Assembly (NCBI GenBank): GCA_965202805.1 | Contig: OZ241869.1 | Coordinates: 3,200,001 to 3,264,000 of the forward strand | DNA from: Longimicrobiales bacterium | GTDB taxonomy: Bacteria > Gemmatimonadota > Gemmatimonadetes > Longimicrobiales > Gaopeijiaceae | Direction: 5' to 3' | Length of the DNA: 64,000 bases | In this document: piece by piece, positions 39,722 through 48,700 of the stretch | Layout: the number at the start of each line of letters is the position of its first letter | How positions within the stretch are numbered: the first letter of the stretch is position 1 | The notes under the pieces: generated by a model | What the model was told of the DNA's origin: nothing | The model's database searches: none | The model's input: only the letters and a program-made list of their open reading frames with translations | Position numbers and translations under genes: made by a program

Positions 39722-40705
39722 GTGACCAGGCCGCGCCGCATTCTCGACCGCGAGGTCGTCTTCTTCGGGGGCAAGGGCGGGGTCGGCAAGACCACCCTGG
39801 CCGCCACCATGGCGCTCGAGGCCGCGCGCGAGGGGCACCGCACGCTCCTGGTCTCCACCGATCCCGCGCACTCGACCTCGGACGTGCTCGAAACCCGACT
39901 CGGAGGCGAGGCCCGGGAGGTGCGCCCGCGGCTGTGGGCGCTCGAGATCGATCCCGCGGAGGAAGCCGACCGCTACATCGACGACGTGAAGGCACGCATC
40001 GCCGACAGCACCCCGCCGCGTCTGATGGCGGAGGTCGAGCGCCAGATCGACATCGCACGCGTGACGCCCGGCGCCGAGGAATCCGCGCTGTTCGACCGCT
40101 TCACCCGGATTGCCGAGGAGGCCGGGCACGTGTACGACCGCCTGATCTTCGACACCGCTCCGCTGGGCCACACGCTCCGCCTGCTCGCACTCCCCGAGCT
40201 GATGGGCGCCTGGATCAGCGGCCTCATCTCGCGGCGCAGGAAGGTCAACGTGCTCGGGCGCATGTGGCGGAACGTGGCGGGGGCGGCCGCGGGCGCCGAG
40301 GATGCCGGCGAAGATCCGGTGCTCGGCGCACTCACGGAACGCCAGACCCGCTTCCGCCATGCGCGTGCCCTGATCACGGACCCGCACCGCACCGGCTTCG
40401 TCTTCGTCGTGACCCCGGAGCATCTGCCCGTCGCCGAGACCGAGCGTTCGGTGAAGATGCTCGACAAGTACGGGATCCCGGTGGCCGCCATCTTTCTCAA
40501 TCAGGTGGTCCCCGAGGACGCGGACGGGGGGCTGCTGGCCTCGAGGCGCGCACGCCAGCGGGAGTACGCGCAACGGGTGCGGAAGAGTTTCTCCGCATAT
40601 CCGGTTCACGCCGTACCTCTGTTGGACGGCCGACTGCACGGGCTGGAGGCATTGCAGCGCCTCGCGCGGGCGTTGCCGATGTCGGAGCGGGGGGGTGTGA
40701 GTTAA
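39722..40705 (+). CDS. ArsA/GET3-family ATPase (single domain)
   Basis: GGKGGVGKTT, STDPAHS, DTAPLGHTLRLL. Confidence 0.92.
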   Translation: MTRPRRILDREVVFFGGKGGVGKTTLAATMALEAAREGHRTLLVSTDPAHSTSDVLETRLGGEAREVRPRLWALEIDPAEEADRYIDDVKARIADSTPPRLMAEVERQIDIARVTPGAEESALFDRFTRIAEEAGHVYDRLIFDTAPLGHTLRLLALPELMGAWISGLISRRRKVNVLGRMWRNVAGAAAGAEDAGEDPVLGALTERQTRFRHARALITDPHRTGFVFVVTPEHLPVAETERSVKMLDKYGIPVAAIFLNQVVPEDADGGLLASRRARQREYAQRVRKSFSAYPVHAVPLLDGRLHGLEALQRLARALPMSERGGVS

Positions 40706-40829
40706 CTCGGAGGAGGCGCTGGGAGAGGTGCTCCTTGCGGTACAAGAGGGCATCATATGATACTTGACGGGAGGAAATGACCGAGAATCGGAGCATTCAT
40801 GAAACGCATGTCTCATATGGCGGGCACCC

Positions 40830-41213
40830 ATGAGCCGTCCAACGAGCTCGATCCAGGATGACGAGCATGGGAACTACCCCGAGATACGGCGTCAGATGAT
40901 CGCGCTGATCCGGAACCGGAGGCGGAAGGCCAACTTTACCCGCCGGCGACCGACGGACATCCGGCCCAGGGAATTCATGAACCCGGAGACAGGTTACCGG
41001 TTGTCGCGCCAGGGGATGTGGGCGGAAGTCGTACGGCTGCTCGAAACAGGCGTACCGCTCAGGAGGGTGGCGCTTCAGCAGCCAGCCGGCGAGGTGGCTT
41101 GGGATTTTGTCGCCGAGCTTTGGCCCGGCCAGCCCTTCCTGTACGTGAAACTCCAGATTCTCGGCTCGACGATCCGCCTGAGAAGCTTCCATCCCAGCGA
41201 GGTGAACCGATGA
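40830..41213 (+). CDS. MqsR-like (RelE-fold) toxin
   Basis: C-terminal LYVKLQI....IRLRSFH typical of MqsR-like proteins; ATGA overlap with the MqsA-like gene. Confidence 0.7.
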   Translation: MSRPTSSIQDDEHGNYPEIRRQMIALIRNRRRKANFTRRRPTDIRPREFMNPETGYRLSRQGMWAEVVRLLETGVPLRRVALQQPAGEVAWDFVAELWPGQPFLYVKLQILGSTIRLRSFHPSEVNR

Positions 41214-41827
41214 CCCAAGTTGCCTCTCCTCCGACCGTGCTCCGTGCCCATTCCGGGCCTCAGGCCCGCTGTGACGTGTGCGGAGCGATCAGCGTACAAA
41301 CGGAGTTGATGCGGGATCCCTTCATCTACGGTAGTGGTGCGAACGCCGTTGAGCTTACCGCCGATGTTTGGGTGCACACCTGCTCGGCGTGCGGGGATTC
41401 CTATACGGATGATGAGGCGGACGTCGCGTACGACGAGGCAGTTTGCCGACACTTGGGAGTCCTCACTCCCGCCGAGATTCGCGACATGCGCGAAGGATAT
41501 GGCCTCACCCGGGCCGAGTTCGCGCAACTGACCGGGTTCGGGAAGGCCACCGTGGGCCGTTGGGAACGCGGAGAGGTGACCCAGAATCGCTCGGCCGACC
41601 GCTATCTCAGGTTGCTCCAGGAGCCGGGGGTCATGCGACGGCTGCGGGCACTCGGCGAGGTAACGGATTCAGCCGGACTCCAGACGCCGGCCCGACCTCG
41701 GGTCTTTATATTCGACTGCATTCAGGTTTCGAGCCAGAGGGTTATCCGCGAGAATGCCCGGGGGTTGAACCCGGGGATATGGAAGGCGGACCCCGGCTTG
41801 GGCTTCGAGGCCGGCGCCGAAGCCTGA
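41210..41827 (+). CDS. mqsA: MqsA-family antitoxin (Zn finger + Xre HTH) with C-terminal extension
   Basis: CDVCG...CSACGD zinc finger; LTPAEIRDMREGYGLTRAEFAQLTGFGKATVGRWERG HTH; ~55-aa tail. Confidence 0.85.
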   Translation: MTQVASPPTVLRAHSGPQARCDVCGAISVQTELMRDPFIYGSGANAVELTADVWVHTCSACGDSYTDDEADVAYDEAVCRHLGVLTPAEIRDMREGYGLTRAEFAQLTGFGKATVGRWERGEVTQNRSADRYLRLLQEPGVMRRLRALGEVTDSAGLQTPARPRVFIFDCIQVSSQRVIRENARGLNPGIWKADPGLGFEAGAEA

Positions 41828-43821
41828 TGTACGTCACTACCTTCTACTCCTACAAGGGCGGCGTGGGTCGGACGCTCGCATTGGTCAACGTGGCCTACGA
41901 GCTCGCGGCATCCGGCCAGCGGGTCTTGGTGGTCGACTTCGACCTCGAGGCTCCGGCTATCCACTCCGGCACCTGGCGAGCGTCCGGGGAGGGACCGCGG
42001 CACGAAGAAGGCCGAGCGCACTCCAGGCATCCGGGCATCGTGGAGTACGTCGGGCGCTTCATCGACACGCTGCGCGGTCCGCGAGCAGAGGATCACATCG
42101 TCGACGCGACCCCGACGGGCTGTGCGGGCAAGATCGCGCTGATGCCGTCGGGTACGTTGAATGACGACTACGGAAGGCGACTGGGCGCGATCGACTGGAA
42201 TGAGTTGTACCTGAAGTACGACGGGTACGTGATGTTCGAGGATCTCCGCGAACAATGGCGGCTGCTCGGCTACGATTACGTGCTCCTGGACTCGCGCACC
42301 GGCGTCACTGATGTGGGCGGAATCTGCACGCGTCATCTTCCCGATGCGGTCGTCTTGATGTTCCGTCCGGACGACCAGAGCCTCCACGGTACGGCGGGCG
42401 TTGCCGGCGCCATTCGGAACGAACGTCCCGCTCCGGGGCGTGGCCGTGTGAGGCTTCACTTCGTGATGGCGGCGATTCCCGATGCCGACGACGAGGATGG
42501 GATCCTCGAAGATCTCCAAAGCAGGTTTCAGCGGCGATTGAACGTGCCGTCCGGCGAGCTCATCGAAATCAGAAACTATCAGAGCATGGACTTGCTCCGG
42601 CAGCCCATCTACACCGACAAGCGGCCGCGAACCCAATTGGCGAGATCATACCAGGGACTGACGAAACGCATTCGATCCGAGAATATTGATGATCGCGAGG
42701 GAGTCCTCGAGTGTATGCGGCGCATATACAGGGATATGGAGGGCACTCGGATCATGTTCGGATCCGACGCGGTTGCGGGATACTATTTTGAGGACGACCC
42801 GTTTGATTCTCATGCGGAAATGCGTGACCGGCTCGCCAAAATCGAGGAGCGGTACCCCGAGGACCCAGAGGTGCTTTTTGCATTGGCTTGCACCTACGGC
42901 AAGGCGCGCCAGAAGGGCCATGTCAAGAGGCTGTTGGATCGACGCTCCACCGCCACGGCGCTATCGCCCGACCACCTGATCAGGCTGGCAAGGGTGTTGG
43001 GTCCGCACACCTATGATGGAGCGGTGCGAGCCCTTGAGCTGTTCTTTCGAGAACAACATGCAGGCGTTCCCGGCGATGACGCGTTCCCGCTGGTGGAATC
43101 CGGCGTTCTCCTCCTGGAGAAGTTGGACAAGGACCGTGCCGGGTTCGTTGGCGGCAGTCCGATCGTGTCGCAGCTCTCGGCGTCTCAACAAGCGACGGTG
43201 GCGAGCCACTTGAAGCTGTCCCGGGGCGAACGAGCAATCGCGGTCGAACTCCTTGCGAACGCGCTTCAAGGCGCCGAAGGTTCCGGGCACGAAAAGAGCA
43301 ATTGGGAACGGGAACTGGCCTTCGCGCGAATCGCGGTGGGGAAGTTCGGGGAAGCTGCGGACTACTACCGATCCATCTCGACGGAGGACCCACCCTCCTT
43401 TCTTCCACAGGCGGCGGCCTTCTGCCTTGGCATGGCGACGTGGGGGGACACCGGAACGGCAAACCCGGATGACTTCCTGCGCGTGCTGACAGCTTATCGT
43501 GAGACGGACTTGGCAGGGTGGCAGGAAGGCCCCAGTGGTGAACTCGAGCGCAACATACTTGGTTGCATCGGCAATTGGCAGGCGATGTCGTTGGTCGAAT
43601 GGCTTGGAGGACGGTCCGATCACGCGCGCAGGCACCTGCGCGAAGCCGAAACGGAAGCCCAACACCTCCTGCAACGCCCTCTCGTTCCGTTTAGCTGCTG
43701 GTCCTACACGTGTGTTTCCGCGGAGACCTTTCTCGAGCACTGCCACGAGATCGGCCGTCTCTTCGATGGCTGCGACGTCAAGCCCGCGTTCATGAGGGAC
43801 GCGGAAAAAGGCGTAGCGTAG
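41827..43821 (+). CDS. ParA/MinD-like ATPase (KGGVGR variant) with helical/TPR-like C-terminal region
   Basis: TFYSYKGGVGRT, VDFDLEAP, YDYVLLDSRTG; TGATG overlap with mqsA; helical C-terminus (LAFARIAVGKFGEAADYYRS). Confidence 0.85.
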   Translation: MYVTTFYSYKGGVGRTLALVNVAYELAASGQRVLVVDFDLEAPAIHSGTWRASGEGPRHEEGRAHSRHPGIVEYVGRFIDTLRGPRAEDHIVDATPTGCAGKIALMPSGTLNDDYGRRLGAIDWNELYLKYDGYVMFEDLREQWRLLGYDYVLLDSRTGVTDVGGICTRHLPDAVVLMFRPDDQSLHGTAGVAGAIRNERPAPGRGRVRLHFVMAAIPDADDEDGILEDLQSRFQRRLNVPSGELIEIRNYQSMDLLRQPIYTDKRPRTQLARSYQGLTKRIRSENIDDREGVLECMRRIYRDMEGTRIMFGSDAVAGYYFEDDPFDSHAEMRDRLAKIEERYPEDPEVLFALACTYGKARQKGHVKRLLDRRSTATALSPDHLIRLARVLGPHTYDGAVRALELFFREQHAGVPGDDAFPLVESGVLLLEKLDKDRAGFVGGSPIVSQLSASQQATVASHLKLSRGERAIAVELLANALQGAEGSGHEKSNWERELAFARIAVGKFGEAADYYRSISTEDPPSFLPQAAAFCLGMATWGDTGTANPDDFLRVLTAYRETDLAGWQEGPSGELERNILGCIGNWQAMSLVEWLGGRSDHARRHLREAETEAQHLLQRPLVPFSCWSYTCVSAETFLEHCHEIGRLFDGCDVKPAFMRDAEKGVA

Positions 43822-43986
43822 GGCCCCGCGGATCCGAGCGCCGGGGCGCACCAGGCATGTGACCGCGTCCCGGCCCGGCAGCGCCGCGCTCCCCCGGTTG
43901 CCCGTCGCGGAGGCGGCAACGTAACATGGCCCTGTTCCGCGCTTCGGCAGGCTGACGAAGTGCGCATCGCTCCCGTCAGCACAAGG

Positions 43987-45765
43987 ATGGCATCCGTGAG
44001 TTCAATCGTACTCCTATTGATCGGATTGGCCGCGTTCGCCACCGGATACCGGGTCTATTCCCGGTACGTCGCGCAGAGGATCTACCGGCTCGACCCGGAC
44101 TTCCGAACACCGGCGCACGAGTTCGAGGACGGGGTGGACTTTCTGCCCACCAACCGCAACGTCCTCTTCGGCCACCACTTCACCTCGGTGGCGGGGGCGG
44201 CGCCCATCGTTGGGCCGGCGATCGCGGTCATCTGGGGGTGGTTGCCCGCGTTCCTGTGGGTGGTGCTGGGGACGATCTTCGCGGGCGCGGTGCACGACTT
44301 CGGCACTCTCTGGATCTCGACCCGGCACAAGGCCAACTCCATCGGCACGCTCGCCGGCAAGATCGTGGGGGACCGCGGCCGGGTGCTCTTCATGCTCGTG
44401 ATCTTCTTCCTGCTGCTGCTGGTGAACGCGGTCTTCGCGGTCGTCATCTCCAACCTGTTCATCGGCAACCCGGGCGCGGTGCTCCCGGTCTGGGGCAGCC
44501 TGGTGGTCGCGATCACGGTGGGCTTCCTGATCTACCGCTCGGGCGCCGGGCTGCTGTGGCCGTCTCTGGGCGCGCTGGCGGTGCTCTACTTCCTGATCTG
44601 GGTGGGCCAGTCCGTTCCGCTCCAGCTTCCCGACTTCTTCGGCTTCGACCCGACGCCCGCTCAGATCGCGGCGGCCGGAGGCGACCAGGCGGCGGCAGCG
44701 GCGGCGGCTACCACCGACGGCGTGCGCGCCGGGTGGGTCATCGTCCTCTTCGTGTACGCCTTCTTCGCCAGTGTGCTGCCAGTCTGGCTCCTGCTCCAGC
44801 CGCGCGACTACGTCAACAGCCACCAGCTCTTCGTGGCGCTCGGCATCATCGGGCTCGGGATCATCTTCACCAACGCCCCAGTGGTGGCGCCCGCCGTCAA
44901 TACGAATCTGCCACCCGATACGCCCAACTGGTTCCCGCTCCTCTTTGTTACCATCGCCTGCGGCGCGATCAGCGGTTTCCACGGACTGGTGTCGTCCGGG
45001 ACGTCGTCCAAACAGCTCGACAAGGAGACGGACGCTCGCTACGTGGGCTACGGGGGTGCGGTCGGCGAGGGCTCACTGGCTCTCACCTCGATTCTGGCGA
45101 CCACCGCCGGTTTCGCGGTCGTGGTGGGGGTGGACGGCTGGCACGACCACTACGGATCGTTTGCTTCGGCGTCGGCGGGCGCAACCCAGGCGTTCGTCCA
45201 GGGCGTGGGAGTCCTGGCGCAGGGGATCGGCATCCCCCAGGGCCTCGCGGTCACCTTCGCCGCCGTGGTGGTCATCAGCTTTGCCGCCACCACCATGGAC
45301 ACCGGGGTGCGTCTGCAGCGCTACATCATCTCCGAACTGGGGGCCGAGTACAAGATCAAGCTGGCCCAGAACCGCTGGATCGCGACCACGCTCGCCGTAT
45401 CCAGTTGCGCCCTGCTGGCGCTGGGGGTGGACCGGGGCGCCGGGGGCATGCGTCTCTGGCCGCTGTTCGGCACCACGAACCAGCTCACCGGGGCCATGAG
45501 CCTGCTGGTGATCAGCCTCTTCCTCTACAGCCTCAAGCGGAGGATCTGGGTGACGGTGATGCCGCTGGCCTTCCTGCTGGTGATGACGACCTGGGCCATG
45601 GTGATCAACATGATCGGCTACTGGACCAGCGAGACCTGGCTCCTGTTCGGGGTTGGAGGCGCGATCTTCGTGCTGGTGCTCTGGCTGGTGTTCGAGGCGC
45701 TGGCGGCGATCCGGCTGGCGATGTCCGCGAGCGGGCCCGGGGCTCCGGCGCGTCACGGCCCATGA
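43987..45765 (+). CDS. cstA: Carbon starvation protein A family transporter
   Basis: LFGHHFTSVAGAAPIVGP, LLQPRDY, IACGAISGFH, WPLFGTTNQL. Confidence 0.93.
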   Translation: MASVSSIVLLLIGLAAFATGYRVYSRYVAQRIYRLDPDFRTPAHEFEDGVDFLPTNRNVLFGHHFTSVAGAAPIVGPAIAVIWGWLPAFLWVVLGTIFAGAVHDFGTLWISTRHKANSIGTLAGKIVGDRGRVLFMLVIFFLLLLVNAVFAVVISNLFIGNPGAVLPVWGSLVVAITVGFLIYRSGAGLLWPSLGALAVLYFLIWVGQSVPLQLPDFFGFDPTPAQIAAAGGDQAAAAAAATTDGVRAGWVIVLFVYAFFASVLPVWLLLQPRDYVNSHQLFVALGIIGLGIIFTNAPVVAPAVNTNLPPDTPNWFPLLFVTIACGAISGFHGLVSSGTSSKQLDKETDARYVGYGGAVGEGSLALTSILATTAGFAVVVGVDGWHDHYGSFASASAGATQAFVQGVGVLAQGIGIPQGLAVTFAAVVVISFAATTMDTGVRLQRYIISELGAEYKIKLAQNRWIATTLAVSSCALLALGVDRGAGGMRLWPLFGTTNQLTGAMSLLVISLFLYSLKRRIWVTVMPLAFLLVMTTWAMVINMIGYWTSETWLLFGVGGAIFVLVLWLVFEALAAIRLAMSASGPGAPARHGP

Positions 45766-48700
45766 GCGCGCTCCGGCCGGAGACGCTCCTCGCGCGGTTC
45801 GGGGCGGGCCGGGGAGGCAGGAAGAAGGCAGGGTTGCAGCCGCGCGCGTGCCTTGCGGCTGCGTTGTCGATCTGGTTCGTGGTGCCTGCTTCCGGCGTGT
45901 CCCAGGCGGCTGCGGGCGCCTCCGCTCCGGGTGACCTGACCACGCTCTTCGAGATCGGCGGCCTCGTGCTCGACACCAACGGCGACGAGGTGCCGGACTT
46001 CGTCAACGCCTCGCTGGTGATGGGTGAGACTCCCACGCCGGCCGAGACGCGTGCGGCCGCCGAGATCGCCGCCCGCCTGGGATTCGAGACCATGGCGCTG
46101 GATCTGCCGCTGGCTCGCGGCACGGAGCCGGAAGGGGTGTTGGTCGTGGTCGGCCGGAGCGGGCTGGCCGCGTCGGGCCTGGCGTCACCGGGGGTCGACC
46201 CGGCCTCGCTGGACGCGGACGAAGGGGCGGTGGTGGTGCGCGAGGCGGATGGACGGCGCTGGGTGGTGGTGGTGGGTGGGGGGGACGACGGGCTGGTGGC
46301 GGCTGCCCGCATGTTCGCGGGGGTATTGCCGCACACGCACACCCTGTCCGCGCCGTTGCTGGGCCGGGCGGGCGACGACGTGCGGGCGGCGCTGGAGGGG
46401 TCGGGGGTGGAGGTGGAGGAGGTACGGCTCTGGCAGGTCCGCGCGCGCGCCGGATCGGACGGGGTCAACCGCCTGATCGCGGACCTGCAGGTGGCGGCGG
46501 CCGACGTTGACACCGCGGCCGGGGTGCTGCGCGCGCTGGCGGCCGGAGAGGAGGTCCCGGCCGCGACCGGGCAGGAAGAGGCCGCCGGGCAGGACGCGCC
46601 GGCGGCAGCTGCCCCCGCCGGGCAGGACGCACCGGCCGCGGCGGGACCCGCCGGCGAGGCTGACCCCGGGGCGGCCTCGGCCGCACAGGACGACCCGCAG
46701 GCGGCCGATGAACCCGAGGGGACGGACGACCCCTTCGCCTACCCCGGCCTGGGTTCGGTCGAGGTGCGGCTGGCCTCCGGTCCGGTGGTGCGCATCCCGG
46801 GTCGGGCCGCCCCGGAGGCGCCCGGTCCGGTCGCGGGTCGACCGGGCAGCGGTGCGAAGCGGTCGCTCGACCTGTCCAACCTGTACACCCCCGACGGCCT
46901 GCTGGGCGACTCCGACAGCAACGAGATCCCCGACCGCATCGACGCCCTGATCGCCCCGGGCGCGGCCGCGGTAGAGGCGCTGCCCGACCTGGCCGCCCGC
47001 CTCGGGCTGGAGACGACCGGGCTGGTGGTGCCGCTGGTGGAACCCGCCGCCGGCCTGGAGCGCCCCGCCTCCCGTCCCACCCTCGTGCTGGCCGGCACCG
47101 ACAACCCGCTCACCGGGCAGCTGGCCGACAGCGGCCGCGTCGACCTGGCCGCCCTCCAGCCCGGGGAGGGGCTCATCCAGCTTGTGCCCGACGCCTTCGG
47201 CAGCAAACCCTCGCTGGTCGTGACCGGCGGCGACGCCGCGGGAGCCCGCAGCGCCCTCGACCACCTCGCCCTCACCCTCCCCCACCTGGACGCCCGAGGC
47301 GACGACCGCCCCACCCTCGACCATGTCGAGCAGGCCCTCTGGAGCGCCCTCTCCGGCCGCTCCCCGGCGGGCCAGGCGGCCATCGGCCTCTACAAGCTCG
47401 ACCGCATCCTGGCGGATCTCGCCGGCCGCGACCTGGCCGCCGCCGAAATCCTCGTTTCGGTCGAAAAACCCGACCCCGGCCTCGCCGGCCTCATCCGCGA
47501 GCGGGCAGCCGCCCTGGGCGCCGGCGAGCTGGAGGTGGTCGTCGACAACCGCGACGTGCAGAACGCCGCGCCCATCTTCTCCGAATCCTTCACGCTGCCC
47601 TCCGAGGTCGACCGCTTCCGCGCCATCGTCCAGGAAGACGTCCTCCCCGCGGTCGCGTCCGGCGAGCCCGTCACCGTGCACGCCCGCCTGAGCGAGCCGC
47701 CCGGGGTACGCCGCGCGCTGGAGGCGGAAGTCCTCGCCGCCCTCCTCGAGCGCGGCGCCGACCCCGAGGCCACCGTCGTCGAAGTGCGCTCCGCCTTCAA
47801 GCAGGGCTACTACTGGCTCTACGAGGGCGTGCGCCCCCGGCTGGAGGGCGCCGACATCGGCGAGATCGTCATCCGCTTCCGCCGCAACGACCCGCCCGAG
47901 GAGTGGCCCCAACAGGCCATCCACACCCCCGTGCGCTGGCTGCACGAGATCTTCCCCATCGACGAGGTGCTGGCGCGCGACCTGGACATCGATCTCGAGC
48001 GCATCCGCTTCGAGCAGGTGCTGGAGGGCCCCACCTACGAGGTTGAAGTGACGGACCCGGGCGGCGACGTCATCCTCACCGGGACCTTCGACCCCAAGTG
48101 GGTGATGCGCCCCTACGTCGACCGCTTCCGCGACTACGAGCACGTCCGCGTCACCACCGGCTGGATCGAGGCGCGCGCGGCCGGGCGCACCCTCGCCGAC
48201 GAGCGCATCGTCACCGACCCGGAGGCGTTCTGGGACTCCTACCAGGGCACCACCCTGCCGGCCATCTACGACTACGTGATGGAGCGCCACAAGGGCATTC
48301 CGCGGGGCGGCAACGCGGACGCGCCCTTCTTCGGCGAGCTGGTCGTCAACGTTCAGCTAAGCGAGCCCGACTACCGCCTCGAGATCGACAACGAGATCCA
48401 CTCCACGATGGACGCGCTGCACGAGGAGGTCTACTTCGGCACCATCGAGTTCTTCGACCTGATCGGGCGCAACTCGCGCGGGCAGGGGCTCACCTTCCCG
48501 GGGCGCGTCATTCCCGTGATGCTGCCGAAGTCCGACGGCGCGCCCGGAACCGTCGACATCTCGTTCTCCGGCTTCGCCACCTCCCGCCCGGCGGTGGTCG
48601 TCACCTGGCGCGAGCGCTCCGGCGAGACCGGCGAGACGCGCCTGGACATCCCGCGCATCACCATGGAGCGCCCCTCGGCCCGGCGGGCGCACGTGCGCGA

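Noticed and set aside
39722..40705. Arsenic resistance operon
   Set aside because: Single-domain ArsA without arsB/C/D/R; the context is CC-star/CstA.
41443..41826. N-terminal extension of the 792-aa ORF
   Set aside because: Overlaps mqsA; the ATPase domain begins at ATG 41827.
44238..45761. N-terminal 508 aa of the 1985-aa ORF
   Set aside because: Overlaps cstA out of frame and is Arg/Gly-rich noise; the likely start is ATG 45762.
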